64,000 nt of DNA from Octopus sinensis (GCF_006345805.1 NC_043013.1:6634001-6698000), one strand, 5' to 3'. Numbered from the stretch's first letter, positions 24,928 to 37,859 are shown. Numbers and translations are program-made. Notes: generated by a model from the letters alone, not told the origin.

Positions 24928-25376
24928 GGAATGTATGAAAGGTAAAGGTTATGGGGTGTTATCTACAGTTATTTCGGTGATAATACTCTGCTTCGCAATA
25001 ATGATAACGTCTTGGATATGGTGGAGAAAATATTTCAAGAGCTGACACCTCCTGCTTCTTCACTTATTCCAGTGTATATATGCATGAACATACATCCATA
25101 CACACATACACGCACGTGCGCACTCACACACACACACATGAATAGATATACATATATACATAAAAGAATATTTTCATTTATATGTATGTATATTTATATA
25201 TGTATATATATATATATTCAGACACAGCCGTGACAAGAAACTTCTTTCCCAAACACATAGTCCATGGTTCAGTCCCACCTTAGCTAAGTGTCTTCTACTA
25301 TAGCCTTGATTGAAGTTTTTTGAGTGTATATGGTTGACGGAAATTGAAATACGCCCGTAAACGTATTTTATACATA

Positions 25377-26666
25377 CGAGGGGCGTTCAATAAGTAATGC
25401 CTCTGACCCACTTGCAGTTGTTTAATCTAGCTGAAATTAACATGTGCAATTATTTATATCTCTATAGATTAAGTGGCAAATTACAGCTCTGAACTAATTG
25501 TAGTTTCTGATATACAGGTGTTTGAACTGAGTCAAGTGTGAAATGGAGCCTGTTGAGTGTCGAGCAGTGATCCGGTTTTTGTATTTGAAAGGACGCACAC
25601 CACGGGAGACTTTTGATGAAATGAAAGTAACTTATGGTGATGATGCCCCATCATATGACCTTGTAAAACGCTGGCATCGTGAATTCAAACATGGTCGGAA
25701 CTCTGTGGAAACATCTCCCATATCTGGTCGCCCCCTTCTGCCATTGATGAGGCATCTGTCCGTCAAGTTGAGGCTGCCATTTTGGAAGATCGACGCATAA
25801 CTATTCGCCAAATAACCCATGAGGTCAAGTTTAGTACCGGGTCTGTGGAAACTATCATTCATGACCATTTGCATATGCAAAAGGTGTCTGCCAGATGGAT
25901 TCCCAGGTTGCTCACACCTTTCCAGAAGCAAGAACGCGTTGAGAGCTCGAGGATGAATTTGGAGATGTGCCAAGAAGATGAGTCAAATTTTCTCAAAAGA
26001 CTGATTACACAGGATGAAACCTGGGTCCATCACTATGATCCAGAGACCAAAGCCCAGTCAATGCAGTGGAAGCTCCGTGATTCACCTCCTCCAAAGAAGG
26101 CAAGGGTGCAGCCCTCCGCTGGCAAAGTCATGCTCACAGTCTTCTGGGACCAGGAGGGAGTAGTGATGAGAGATTTCCTGGCAAAGGGTACCACAATTAC
26201 AGGAGCCTATTATGCTTAACTTTTGAGGAAATTAAGAGAAGCTATCAAAATCAAGAGGCGGGGCAAGATCAGCAAAGGCATCCTCCTCCTGCAGGACAAC
26301 GCTCCGGTCTACAACTCGCGTGTCGCCAGATCAGAAGAACAGGCGTGCGGTTATGAACTCCTCCCCCATCCCCCTACTCTCCTGACCTTGCACCCTCTGA
26401 TTTTCACCTCTTCCTAGCCATCAAGTTGTTTTTGAAAGGAAAGCATTTCCCAGATGATGCGGCCTTGATTTCTGAAGTCACGTCGTGGTTGGAGGACCAA
26501 GCTGGGGTCTTCTACAAAAACGGTCTCCAGAGTTGCATCAAACGATGGGAGAAATGTGTAACTCTGAGTGGTTCCTATGTAGAAAAAGACTAATAACTGT
26601 GCCAAGTTTCGTTGCTCTACTGCTATGGGAAGTGGGTCAGGGGCATTACTTATTGAACGCCCCTCG
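25377..26666 (+). mobile_element. Full-length mariner (DD34D, irritans-like), 1290 bp
   Basis: 37-bp TIRs with one mismatch (cgaggggcgttcaataagtaatgcc(t/c)ctgacccactt); TA duplication on both sides. Confidence 0.95.
25543..26593 (+). pseudogene. Mariner transposase, 350 aa when repaired
   Basis: WIPRLLT, ITQDETWVHHYDPE, SAGKVMLTVFWD, QDNAP, HPPYSPDLAPSD (34 residues between D2 and D3); 1-nt deletions near 25735 and 26372; TAA at 26217-26219. Confidence 0.9.
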
Positions 26667-26674
26667 TACATATA

Positions 26675-26730
<56 letters not shown>

Positions 26731-26735
<5 letters not shown>

Positions 26736-27131
26736 ACTCTTTTACTTGTTTCAGTCATTTGACTGCGGCCATGCCGGAGCACCACCTTTAGTCGAACAAA
26801 TCGACCCCGGGACTTATTCTTTGTAAGCCCAGTACTTATTCTATCGCTTTCTTTTGCCGAACCGCTAACTGACGGCGACGTAAACACACCAGCATCGGTT
26901 GTCAAGCAATGCTAGGGGGACAAACACAGACACACAACATACACACACACATATATATATATACATATATACGACGGGCTCTTTCAGTTTACGTCTACCA
27001 ACCATCCCTCACAAGGCTTTGGTCGGCCCGAAGACTATAGTAGAAGACACTTGCCAAGATGCCACGCAGTTGGACTGAACCCTGAACCATGTGGTTGGTA
27101 AGCAAGCTACTTACCACACAGCCACTCCTGC
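26731..27131 (-). mobile_element. SINE family A, full length
   Basis: Match to family A. Confidence 0.9.
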
Positions 27132-27137
27132 ATATAT

Positions 27138-27199
<62 letters not shown>

Positions 27200-27448
27200 T
27201 TGTGTAGGTGTGTGTGTCTTTCTGGCTCTGTTTGTCCCCCAGACCACTTGACAACCGGTGCTGGTGACACTACATCTCTGTAACTTAGCGTTTCGGCTAA
27301 GCTTTAAATAATTAATTACTGGAGTCGAAACATACGACAAAATTTCTTTAAGATGGTGTCCCAGCATGACCGCATCCTAATGACTGAAACTAGTGAAAGA
27401 CAAAAGTTATGTATACATGCAATACACACACACACACACATGTGTTTA

Positions 27449-27953
27449 CCGTAAATCCTCGAGCATAGTCCGTCCTTGAGTATAATACGCAGTTTAGGGG
27501 GCTGTACCTCTGAAAAACCTAAACCTCGTGTATAATACGCGCCCCTTCTCTAACTTGAGTCAAGGAGGTCGACATAACGTCCTTGGTTTGTAAAAAGTAT
27601 ATATGGTAACGTCCTTTATTATTATTGTATATAACATAATGCAAACGTGTAGCTTTTTTGTGCATTTTGTTTGCAGAAAATAAAGAAATAACAGTAATAA
27701 CGTTTAATAAATGTTGCTTACTGCAAGTTATGGATGATTCTTTTATGACTTCATTGCTTTCAGGCTTAGCTTAAGGGATTTTCGCGCCCGACATCACAAA
27801 ATGCGTCTAAATAAACATTTCCGGATAGCAAATAGAGACTCGGACATTGCTTAAAAAATATTTTTCATTTTTAACCTCGTATATAGTACGCACTAGGGAT
27901 TTTGACCTTTAAATTTTGGGAAAATAATGCGGATTATGCTCGAGGATTTACGG
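27449..27953. mobile_element. 505-bp MITE of the Tc1/mariner-pogo type
   Basis: TIR ccgtaaatcctcgagcata(g/a)tccg; TA at 27447-27448 and 27954-27955; no ORF. Confidence 0.85.
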
Positions 27954-28505
27954 TATTTAGTTACATTAATATGAGCTTAGAGAATCAATACAGTAACCAG
28001 TTATGGGTGATGAAGGGAACCAGGATGGTCTGCTGGTGCCGTCGCTAATCTCGAGTGCAGCTTTGCATCGTTAACCAGCTAGTGTAGTTGTTATTTTGGG
28101 GCTAAAAAATCGCAATTACTCCCATTCGAACGGACAGCCATGTTTCAGTGGCTACGAAATTATTTGTTAGTACAACTTCTGCACTGATCTGCGAGAGAGA
28201 TTTTAGAAGTAGCATTTTTACATGTTGCAAAATCAGCGAATGTATATCGCTTCAAATTATATATACATATATATATATTATATATATATACCATATATAA
28301 TACATATATATATACATATATATATACATATATATACATATATACATATATATATACATATATAATATACATATATATATACATATATATACTATATATA
28401 TACATAACATATACATATACATATACATATTATATACATACATATATACATACATATATATATACATATATATATACATATATATATACATATATATATA
28501 CATAC

Positions 28506-28554
<49 letters not shown>

Positions 28555-28605
28555 TATATATATATATATCATTATATATACTATATACATATATATTATA
28601 TAATT

Positions 28606-28676
<71 letters not shown>

Positions 28677-28680
<4 letters not shown>

Positions 28681-29673
28681 GGTATGTAGAAAAATACAAC
28701 ATGGACAAGAACGTATAACTCTTAGAAGACGATACAATAAACACGGACAGGACATTCGAAACCCTCAGTCTTCAGTCAAGAACCGGATCATCGTAGTAAT
28801 TTCGGCTGATTAATCTTGAGATTACTAGATCACGGCCAGCCCTCCAAGAAAACTAAGCAACGAGCATTAGAAAAACTAAGCTGGGAGCGTAGATTTCCTG
28901 GAAGAAGGATCGAATGCATACGGACACCAGGACAGCAAAAGGGACGAATATAAAAAACAAAAAATAATGGAATACAGAAACATGAAATACAGAAGCATTA
29001 ACGGTGAAAACAACAACAAGTGTCTTACGACTGATAACAAGCAAACAAATTTTTCTCTGGCGCGAGGAAAGGAGCCTTATCGGCGATGCCTATAGCGGCG
29101 GACGAAAAACAACGATGTTAACACGACGCTGGTCAGAAGCTGAAAGGCAATTTCGGCCAGCAGTCACGTGACAGAGAAGAGAGAAAAGAAAGAAAGAGAA
29201 GCACGGAAGAGAGAGAAGAGGAGAGAGAGAGAGGAGGGACAAACGCAACAAAAGAGAGAAGAGAGAGAAAGAAGGAATCAGAGAGGAGAAGGGATGGGTG
29301 TCGAAGATTGACCTGTGAGTGCAGAGCGAGACAAAGAAATAGGATGGTAGTGGAAGATTAGACCAAAGAATCAGAGGAAAGAGAAGAGAAAAAGAGGATG
29401 AGTAGAGAGAGAAGGGGACAGATCAAGTAAAAGTGAGAGGAGAGAGAGACAAACAAAGAGTCGTACCATTATTAAGAATATGTGCTCACATTAATGTTAA
29501 GAGGGTACGTGGCGCCTGGAATATATGTTAAGGTATGTAGAAAAATACAACATGGACAAGAACGTATAACTCTTAGAAGACGATACAATAAACACGGACA
29601 GGACATTCGAAACCCTCAGTCTTCAGTCAAGAACCGGATCATCGTAGTAATTTCGGCTGATTAATCTTGAGAT
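28677..29673. mobile_element. 997-bp non-coding element with identical 146-bp terminal direct repeats, inside (TA)n
   Basis: 28677-28822 equals 29528-29673; no TG..CA termini; GA-rich interior. Confidence 0.75.
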
Positions 29674-29686
29674 ATATATATATATA

Positions 29687-29719
<33 letters not shown>

Positions 29720-29763
29720 TGCTAGCAGAAGCCAACTACTGCCATCTGCAGCAGGAGAGTCTT

Positions 29764-29813
29764 CCAGTACTGAAGAGAGACAGAAATAGTCCGAAACCAG
29801 GTTGGTCTACTGG
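29764..29813 (+). ncRNA. Canonical type I hammerhead ribozyme
   Basis: Stem I CCAGTA/TACTGG; core CTGAAGA; stem II G(A)GAC/GTCC; GAAA; stem III ACCA-ggt-TGGT; GUC cleavage triplet with C at 29807. Confidence 0.8.
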
Positions 29814-29975
29814 TTCAGTTCCTAGAACGTAGTTGGGGCTCGTTCAACTGCTCGGAATAAGCTGCAGGCTTACAAAGAATATGTCCGAGGGTCTAGTTCT
29901 TCACCAGCATGGGCACAGTCACGTGACTAAAACAAGTAAAAGAATAAAAGGATACACACACATACATATTGTATA

Positions 29976-30374
29976 GGCGCAGGAGTGGCTGTGTGGTAAG
30001 TAGCTTGCTTACCAACCACATGGTTCCGGGTTCAGTTCCACTGCGTGTCACCTTCTACTACAGCCAAGGGCCGACCAAAGCCTTGTGAGTGGATTTCGTA
30101 GACGGAAACTGAAAGGAGCCTGTCGTATATATGTATATGTATATATATATGTGTGCGTTTGTGTGGGTGTGTTTGTCCCCCCCCCCCCAACATCACTTGA
30201 CAATCAATGCTGGTGAGTTTACGTCCTCGTAACTTAGCGGTTCGGTAGAAGAGTCCGATAGAATAAGTACTAGGCTTCCAAATAATAAGTCCTGGGGTCG
30301 ATTTGCTTGACTAAAGGCGGTGCTCCAGCATGGCCGCAGTCAAATGACTGAAACAAGTTAAAGAGTAAAAGAGT
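29976..30374 (+). mobile_element. SINE family A, full length
   Basis: Match to family A. Confidence 0.9.
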
Positions 30375-30416
30375 ATATATACATACATATTGTATGTATA
30401 TATATATATATATATA

Positions 30417-30469
<53 letters not shown>

Positions 30470-30702
30470 CTGTGTGTATGCATGCGGGTGTATGTCTGTT
30501 TTTATAAAAAGTTGCCGCAAATATCCGTTTGTGTGTATAAATGAAAACCAAGCAGAAATATTATTTGACTATTACATAAATTTAAATTGAATATAGGCGC
30601 AGCGTGGCTCTGTGGTAAGAAGCTTGCTTCTCAACCACATGGTTTCGGATTCACTACCACTGCGTGGCACATTGGGTAACTATCTGGTATTATATATCCT
30701 CG

Positions 30703-30802
30703 NNNNNNNNNNNNNNNNNNNNNNNNNNNNNNNNNNNNNNNNNNNNNNNNNNNNNNNNNNNNNNNNNNNNNNNNNNNNNNNNNNNNNNNNNNNNNNNNNN
30801 NN
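30703..30802. other. Assembly gap (100 N)
   Basis: Run of exactly 100 N. Confidence 1.
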
Positions 30803-31189
30803 GTTTTACGGTAGTATGGTATGGAGTGAAAATTTTGGGTGATATTGAAAGGCTAAGAGTGGAGACCTACTCTGGGTTGCAGAAAGGTTAGTTAGGAGAG
30901 AAGGATAAAAGAAAGAGCGAGAGAGAAAAGGCAAATAAGTATACTATTTTACAGACCCATTATAGCCGATCTTAACAATTGGTTTCATTCGTCATATTAG
31001 GTAATCAGACTATTACGTAATAACTGCGCTCCTCAGAGATTACCCACCGATGTAGGGAAACAACGGCGGCTGTTCACAGCTATTGAAGCTAAGTAACGGT
31101 TTCATTAAAAGCTAAGATTTTGTGCAAGAAAAAATAGCATGAGTCGTGATTTCCAGCAAAAGTGGAGTTGGATTAGTTTGTATGTAAGG

Positions 31190-31600
31190 GAGCTGGCAGA
31201 ATCGTTAACACGCCGGGCGAAATGCTTAGCGGTATTTCGTCTGCCGCTACGTTCTGAGTTCAAATTCCGTCGAGGTTGACTTTGCCTTTCATCATTTCGG
31301 GTTGGATAAATTAAGTACCAGTTACGCACTGGGGTAGATATAATCGACTTAATCCGTGTGTCTGTCCTTGTTTGTCCTCTCTGTGTTTAGTCCCTTGTGG
31401 GTAGTAAAGAAATAGGTATTTCGTCTACCCTTACGTTCTGAGTTCAAATCCCGCCGAGATCGATTTGTCTTTGATCCTTTCAGGGTCAATTAAATAAATA
31501 CCAGTTACGCACTGGGGTCGATGTAATCGACTTAATCCGTTTGTCTGCCCTTGTTTTTCTTCTCTATTTTTAGCCCCTTCTGGGCAATAATGAAATAAAT
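31190..31600 (+). mobile_element. SINE family B, tandem dimer
   Basis: Same architecture as 7805-8220. Confidence 0.85.
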
Positions 31601-32149
31601 ACGAAGATTTAATGAAACAACTTCGTGTGTTAAGCTTTAAACCAGTGGCCCTCAGCCACTTTTACCTGTGAGTCCCTTTGATTCTTATTTAACTCAGATG
31701 GACTCCTATAGCCCTTCTATATTTTAAAAGGACTTCCACTGTATACAGCAGTGCTTGGAAGGAATGTATGTAGCGTGTGATTATCCAATTGATTATGACA
31801 GAAACGCTGTCATAGCGATACCTGCTCAGAGGTCAGCGCAAATTTGCAGAAGATGTATGTAGAAGAATGAATGAGCTGCACGCAAGTGCATGAGTGGTTC
31901 GATCGTTCCCAAGATGGCCTATAAAATGTCAATATTGTCGAATGTTCTGAGAGACCTTCAACAAGCACAACTGAGAAAAACTGTTTCAGGACAAAATCCA
32001 CAGAGGACAAAATACCCCAGGACAAATTTTAAACAAAAACCTCAAGTAATAAATATTTTAAGTTTCTTTTATAAAATTTCACTTTCCTAAAATATTTTTA
32101 TTGTAATGAAAGAACAATAACCTGGTGGGTACTGACTGCCAGGAAATTT

Positions 32150-32950
32150 TGTTGGAAGTGGGGGGGGATTTTGTCCTCACACGGATCCGTCTCACACGTG
32201 ACAGGAGCTGTTCAATATAACTCCAAAAGTCAGCAGTGCTCGGACACAGAACGAGGGTGTGCAGAACGGTTTCGTTCTCCTGCGCACCTCGGACAAGTCT
32301 GACTGACAGCATATCCGTGCCAGTAGAATTTATCTCGAACTGGTAGCACTCGCCCCCGTAGCACTGCCAGGCCGAGGACATCTGGGAACTATTCATGATA
32401 ACTCCCGACCGGAAAGTCCTAGCCAGACTAGCCAGTTCGTTCTCGTCAACGCCCAGATTCTCCCTGAGAACATCTTCGCACTTACTGTCAGTAGTTCTCT
32501 GTAAATTTCTAAAGCGGAACATCCACCAATCCCATTGCCCGACTGGTAGAGGGCTGTTGGGAGCGCCCGACGATATTCTAGGTGCCAGGCGCTCAGTCTC
32601 GGTCTTTTCTTCACCCATAACTGTAGTTCCGTCAAGGAGACGAGCTGCGGAAATGAGCCTCTTCATTGGCTTGATAGAATTAGCATGTATTTGCACTGGA
32701 GCATATACAGTAAGTCTGCACTCCCATATCAAAGGAATTGGTGGGGACATAAACCTTCCAAAGTAGAAAAAGATTTCATCATTGTATGGGACTATGGTCC
32801 CTGGACCAGATCCCTGCTCACCGCTATCGGGGCGGAGATGGCTGTCCGCAAGTGCAAGCTTTGTGAATCAGAGTAGCTTTAACAGCGCATCTCTCTCGCC
32901 CTCTGGGATCACGCCTTTTCAATTTTGACTGCTGAGGCCACGAGAAATGT
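32150..32950 (-). pseudogene. Decayed Tx1/L1-clade ORF2 C-terminal region (zf-RVT-like)
   Basis: Frameshifted pieces LWVKKRPRLSAWHLEYRRAL, KCEDVLRENLGVDENEL, SSAWQCY, QENETVLHTLVLCPSTADFWSYIEQLL (ET..H..C finger motif). Confidence 0.65.
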
Positions 32951-32964
32951 TTCTTTATAAAGGT

Positions 32965-33299
32965 ATTCAAAGTGATCGATTAATTCAGTCTAACAGACCA
33001 GATATTGTGGTAGAAAGAGACGATGACAAAATATAGATATGTCAATGACAGTAGACTGCAAAATTTGAGTAAAATCATTCGAACATTTAAATAGTTAGAA
33101 GGGTCTCGAAACAGAAGTTACGCAAATATGGCATTTAAGATAAGCAAGTGCACCTGTGATCATCGGATCTTTGAGGACGATATGAAATGGTGCTATTAAA
33201 CACTGTGGCTACATACCTTGGAAACCCAAAATGTTCAGAATTACAAATATTTCTATCGTGGGTTCTGTTCACATCTTAAGAAAATCATTGTCAGCTTGA
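32965..33299 (+). pseudogene. Second R4/Dong-like REL endonuclease fragment
   Basis: IQSDRLIQSNRPDIVV, APVIIGSL, IVGSVHILRKSLSA*. Confidence 0.7.
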
Positions 33300-33499
33300 A
33301 AATATCTGATTCTCATAAAATTGAAATATTTACAAATTTAACAGCATCTTGGTTCTCAAACTCTGGTCCTCCTCTCCAACAATATATCATTGATAATTAT
33401 AATTAACATCCGTAGTAAAACGTCCAACTTGCTATTACTTGAGGTCTGTGGTGGTGGTGGGGGGCACTTCGAAAAGCCTGTATAAAACAGAGCAACAAT

Positions 33500-33504
33500 T
33501 ATGT

Positions 33505-33587
<83 letters not shown>

Positions 33588-33645
33588 GTAATGATGGTGA
33601 TGATGATAATCGTGATGATAATGATAACGATAATAATAATAATAG

Positions 33646-33688
<43 letters not shown>

Positions 33689-33739
33689 AGTAATAATAAT
33701 AATAATAATATAATGATAATAATAATATATATAATAATA

Positions 33740-33775
<36 letters not shown>

Positions 33776-33831
33776 TAATAATAATGAATAATATAATAAA
33801 TAATAATAATAATAATAATATAATATAATGA

Positions 33832-33882
<51 letters not shown>

Positions 33883-33966
33883 TAATATAATGATAATGAT
33901 AATATAATAATAATAATAATAATAATAATGAATAATAATAATAATAATAGAATAATAATAATAATG

Positions 33967-33997
<31 letters not shown>

Positions 33998-34081
33998 TAA
34001 TAATATAATAATAATAATAATAATAATGATGATAATGATAATAATAATAATATAATAATAATAATAATAATGATAATAATA

Positions 34082-34115
<34 letters not shown>

Positions 34116-34162
34116 TAATAATAATAATAATATATAATAATAATAAAATAATAATAATAATG

Positions 34163-34199
<37 letters not shown>

Positions 34200-34330
34200 T
34201 AATAAATAATAATAATAATAATAATATGATAATAATAATAATAATAATCTATGATAATATAATAATAATAATATATAATAATAATAATAAAATAATAATA
34301 ATAATAATAATGACGATAATATTAATAATA
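33500..34330. repeat. ~830-bp imperfect (AAT)n; similar array at 60700-61175
   Basis: Direct inspection. Confidence 0.95.
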
Positions 34331-34749
34331 ATGCATTCAAAGTTTGGCCCAAGGTCATAAAGTTTTAATGGAGGGGGTAGTCGATTGCATCGATCCCAGT
34401 GTTCAATTAGTACTTATTTTATCGACCCCGAAAGATGAAAAGGAAAGCCGACCTCGGCAGCATAAAAACAGCAACAACAATAAATAACAATAAACAACAA
34501 CAAAAAACAACAATAACAATATTATCACTTTAAATGTGATAATGTATGATAATGGATTCAAAGTTTTGATATAACAACTGTTTGTGTGGCAGAGTAAAAA
34601 AAAAAGGAGAAAGATAAAAAACGAAAAAAAAAATGTTGAAGTGGGAGTAAGGTAAGAAGGGAAGCAAACGCAGGAGGGGAAGGGTTTGGGCTGAGGAAGA
34701 TGAAGAACGAAGACATAGTCGTTAAAATTTATTCTAGTGATTTATCGTT

Positions 34750-35197
34750 CGAAGAATTTCTGCGATGATGATGGTGATGATGAGGAGGAGGATGAGCAGG
34801 AGAAAGAGGAGGAGGGGAGGAGGGGGAGGAGAAGGAGGGGCAGGGGACAAAATAAAGGAATAAGGAGGTTAAGGAGAGCAGTACGAATGGGGAGCATGAT
34901 GGAGATGTGGAGGGTGATAGGAATAGGACGAAACGGCTCATGCAGATGGAAATGGTGGTGGTTGTGTTTGTGGTCTTGGTGGTGGTGGTGGTAATGATGG
35001 TGATGTCGATAATGATATGGTGGGAAGGAGGAGGTGGAGGTGGATGAAGATGACGATGATGATGATGGTGATGATGATGATGATAATGATGATGATGATG
35101 ATGATGATGATCATATTGATGATGTTGGTGATGAAGATGATGATGATGATGATGAAGATGATGATGATGATGATGACGACGATAATGATGTTGTTGG

Positions 35198-35228
<31 letters not shown>

Positions 35229-36715
35229 GATGATGATGATGATGATGACGACGATGATGATGTTGTTGGTGATGATGATGACGATGATGATGATGACGAT
35301 GATGATGATGATGACGATGATGACGACGACGTTCAGGATGGGATGGTGGCGGGCGATGAAAGGAACCAAGAAAACCCAATTGAACGGTTTCCAAATAAAC
35401 AAACCAATAAACTTTCCCAAACGTGGACTGTTTAACGTTTTTGTTATTGTTGTTGTTGCTGTTCTTTTTGTTGATGCTGTTGCTGTTGTTGATGTTGTTA
35501 TTGCTTTTGGCGTTGTTGTTGTTGTTGTTGCTGCTGCTGATGATGATCTCGTTGTTGTCAATAAGGCTCAATGAAGTTGAAACTTGTGTTGATGGTAATC
35601 TCTTAATGCTGCCGTTGCTGTCTGCGATGATGATGGAAGCTGTGGAAGAGACATTATTGTGCAGAGGGTAGTGGCTGGTGGTGGTGGTGGTGACGGACGG
35701 TAGCGTTAATGGTGGGTGGTGGTGGTGGTGTTGGTGGTGGTGGTGGTGTTGGTGGTGGTGGTGGCGGACAGTACCGTTAATGGTGGTGGTGGTGGCGGCG
35801 GCGGCAGTGACCGTGATGGCGGCAGCGGCAGTGACCGTGATGGCGGCGGTGGCGGTAGCGTTAATGGTGGTGGTGTTGGTGGTGGTGGCGGCGGCAGCAG
35901 CGGTGACGGTGGTGGCGGCGGTGGCGGCGGTGGTGGTAGCGTTGATGGTGGTGGTGGTGGTGGCAGCAGCGGTGACGGTGATGGCGGCGGTGGTGGCGGG
36001 CGGTAGCGGTGGTGGTGGTGGCAGCAGCGGTGACGGTTGTGGCGGCGGTGGTGGCGGGCGGTAGCGGTGGTGGTGGTGGCTGTGGTGGTGGTGGTCGTCA
36101 TGAAAGTGTTAGTTGGTAGTGGCGGCTACGGTGTCGTTGATGGTGGTGGCAGTGGTGGCGGCGGTGGTGGTGAGGATGGTGGTGAGAATGGTAGCAATGG
36201 TAGTGGTGGCAGGGTGGTGTTCATGAAGGTGGTGTCTGCGGTGGTGCTGGTGGTGGTGAAGGTGGTAGCATTGGCCGTGCTGGGCGTGGTTGTAAAGTGG
36301 GTAATAGTATTGGTAGTGGTGGTGCTGGAGAGATTAGCAAGAGTTTGTAGTGGTGGAGGTTGTTGTGGTGGTCATAGATGTAGTGCTGATGGTAGCAGAG
36401 GTGGTGGCGGCGTTGATGATGGCAGTCATGGTGCGGGTGTTAGTGATAGTGCTGGTTCTGCTGGTTGTGGTAGTGTTCCTGGTGGTAGTGGTGTTTGCGG
36501 TGGTGGTAATAGTGACGGCTGTGGTGCTGGTGGTGATGGTGGTGGTGGTGTTTGTGGTGGTGGTAGTGATAATGACGGCTGTGGGGTTGCTTGATAGTGG
36601 TGGTGATGGCTGTGGTGGTGGCGGCTGTGGTAGTGGTGGTGGTGGTGGTGGTGGAGGTGGTGGTGCTGGAAGTGGTGATGCTGCTGCTGTTGCTGCTGTT
36701 GAAGGTGACTTGTAT
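34750..36715. repeat. ~2-kb compound GAT/GTT/GGT/GGC low-complexity block; similar block at 51836-52850
   Basis: Triplet runs open in several frames on both strands. Confidence 0.9.
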
Positions 36716-36780
36716 TGCGAAGTCATAATATTAAGGGTCATAAATTTTAAGAGATATAAAATCGATGCCTGCCTATCAAT

Positions 36781-36834
<54 letters not shown>

Positions 36835-37574
36835 ACAGACGCACGCATACACACACAGAGGCATTCCTGCACAAAATATGAGTAAAATACTTGCGGATGT
36901 TTTTTTTCTAATTATGAAGACTATAGTCAAACAATCAACAAACTGATACAACGCATAGGTTTAATTAGCTCTGATATGGATATATTCGATAGAACAAATT
37001 CTACTATCAGAAAGATCCAATCACGAGTGACACAAAGTGACTTTAGTGAGTATGTAAATTACATAGAAAGCCTCCTATCTACAACAGACTCGTAAAGGGT
37101 CGGCATTGGAAAGAGATTTTCCTTAATTCCCATCATGATTTAGATGTCGCTACGAATGTTGTTCTTCCTGTGTCTCTTAATGTGCAAATTCCATACAAAC
37201 GGCTATGTAAGAAGCGCTTCAATCTTCCTAATTTCAAGGTGATTCACTCTCACCTAGAAAACATAATTTACACGCTTGCATATCGCAAACGAAAATGTAT
37301 ATCCGTATCATCTACACACCAACATCTCCCAATCGCCGAACTCGTGATCCTAATCAACTACGATGGTTGCTGACCTCGAGTCTAGGAACTACACATCCTT
37401 TTGTCATTTCAGCTGAAATCTAATATACCATGAACATTACTACTGTATTATAAACTGGTGTATTGGTGATAGGAGCCCTTCCAAACCCCAGCGGATCACA
37501 TAAATGCCAGATCCATCCGGTTGAAAAAATAGACACCCTGAAGTAGTTGCGGTACCTCCAACGAAATATCTATA

Positions 37575-37790
37575 AATATTTCTTCCCCGCGACACACTGA
37601 CACACAAATCTTTGTATTAGCCCAATTCATAAAAATTTACAAGGAAAATATTTCTATGGAGAATCAAGGAAATGCATTTCATACCAAAGAAGGTTAAAGT
37701 TGCAGAGTTGGTCACGAGACTCCGAGCTATAAAATTTTGAATAATGGCCTAGGAAGTCGTAAAATCCCAACTCATAAATGCACACAAGTA
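37575..37790 (+). repeat. Unclassified dispersed repeat; second copy at about 40820-41015
   Basis: acacaaatctttgtatta...aattcataaaaatttaca...gagaatcaag..aatgcat...cataccaaagaaggtta...aaatcccaactc present in both. Confidence 0.75.
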
Positions 37791-37821
37791 TATGTCTGTA
37801 TGTGTATATGTGAGTATGTGT

Positions 37822-37859
<38 letters not shown>

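Noticed and set aside
28750-28790. ctgaagac...cgaatgtc motif (minus) in the 146-bp direct repeats as a hammerhead
   Set aside because: No stem I or stem II pairing and GAAA is incomplete
30600-30900. ORFs spanning the N gap
   Set aside because: Artefacts of unknown bases; contiguity across the gap is not established
35034-35435. Poly-Asp ORF resembling acidic biomineral proteins, and neighbouring Gly- or His-rich ORFs
   Set aside because: Single-codon (GAT)n or (GGT)n slippage repeats; no signal peptide or exon structure
36970-37097. Protein-like frame MDIFDRTNSTIRK...STTDS*
   Set aside because: About 40 codons, weak acceptor, no homology recognised
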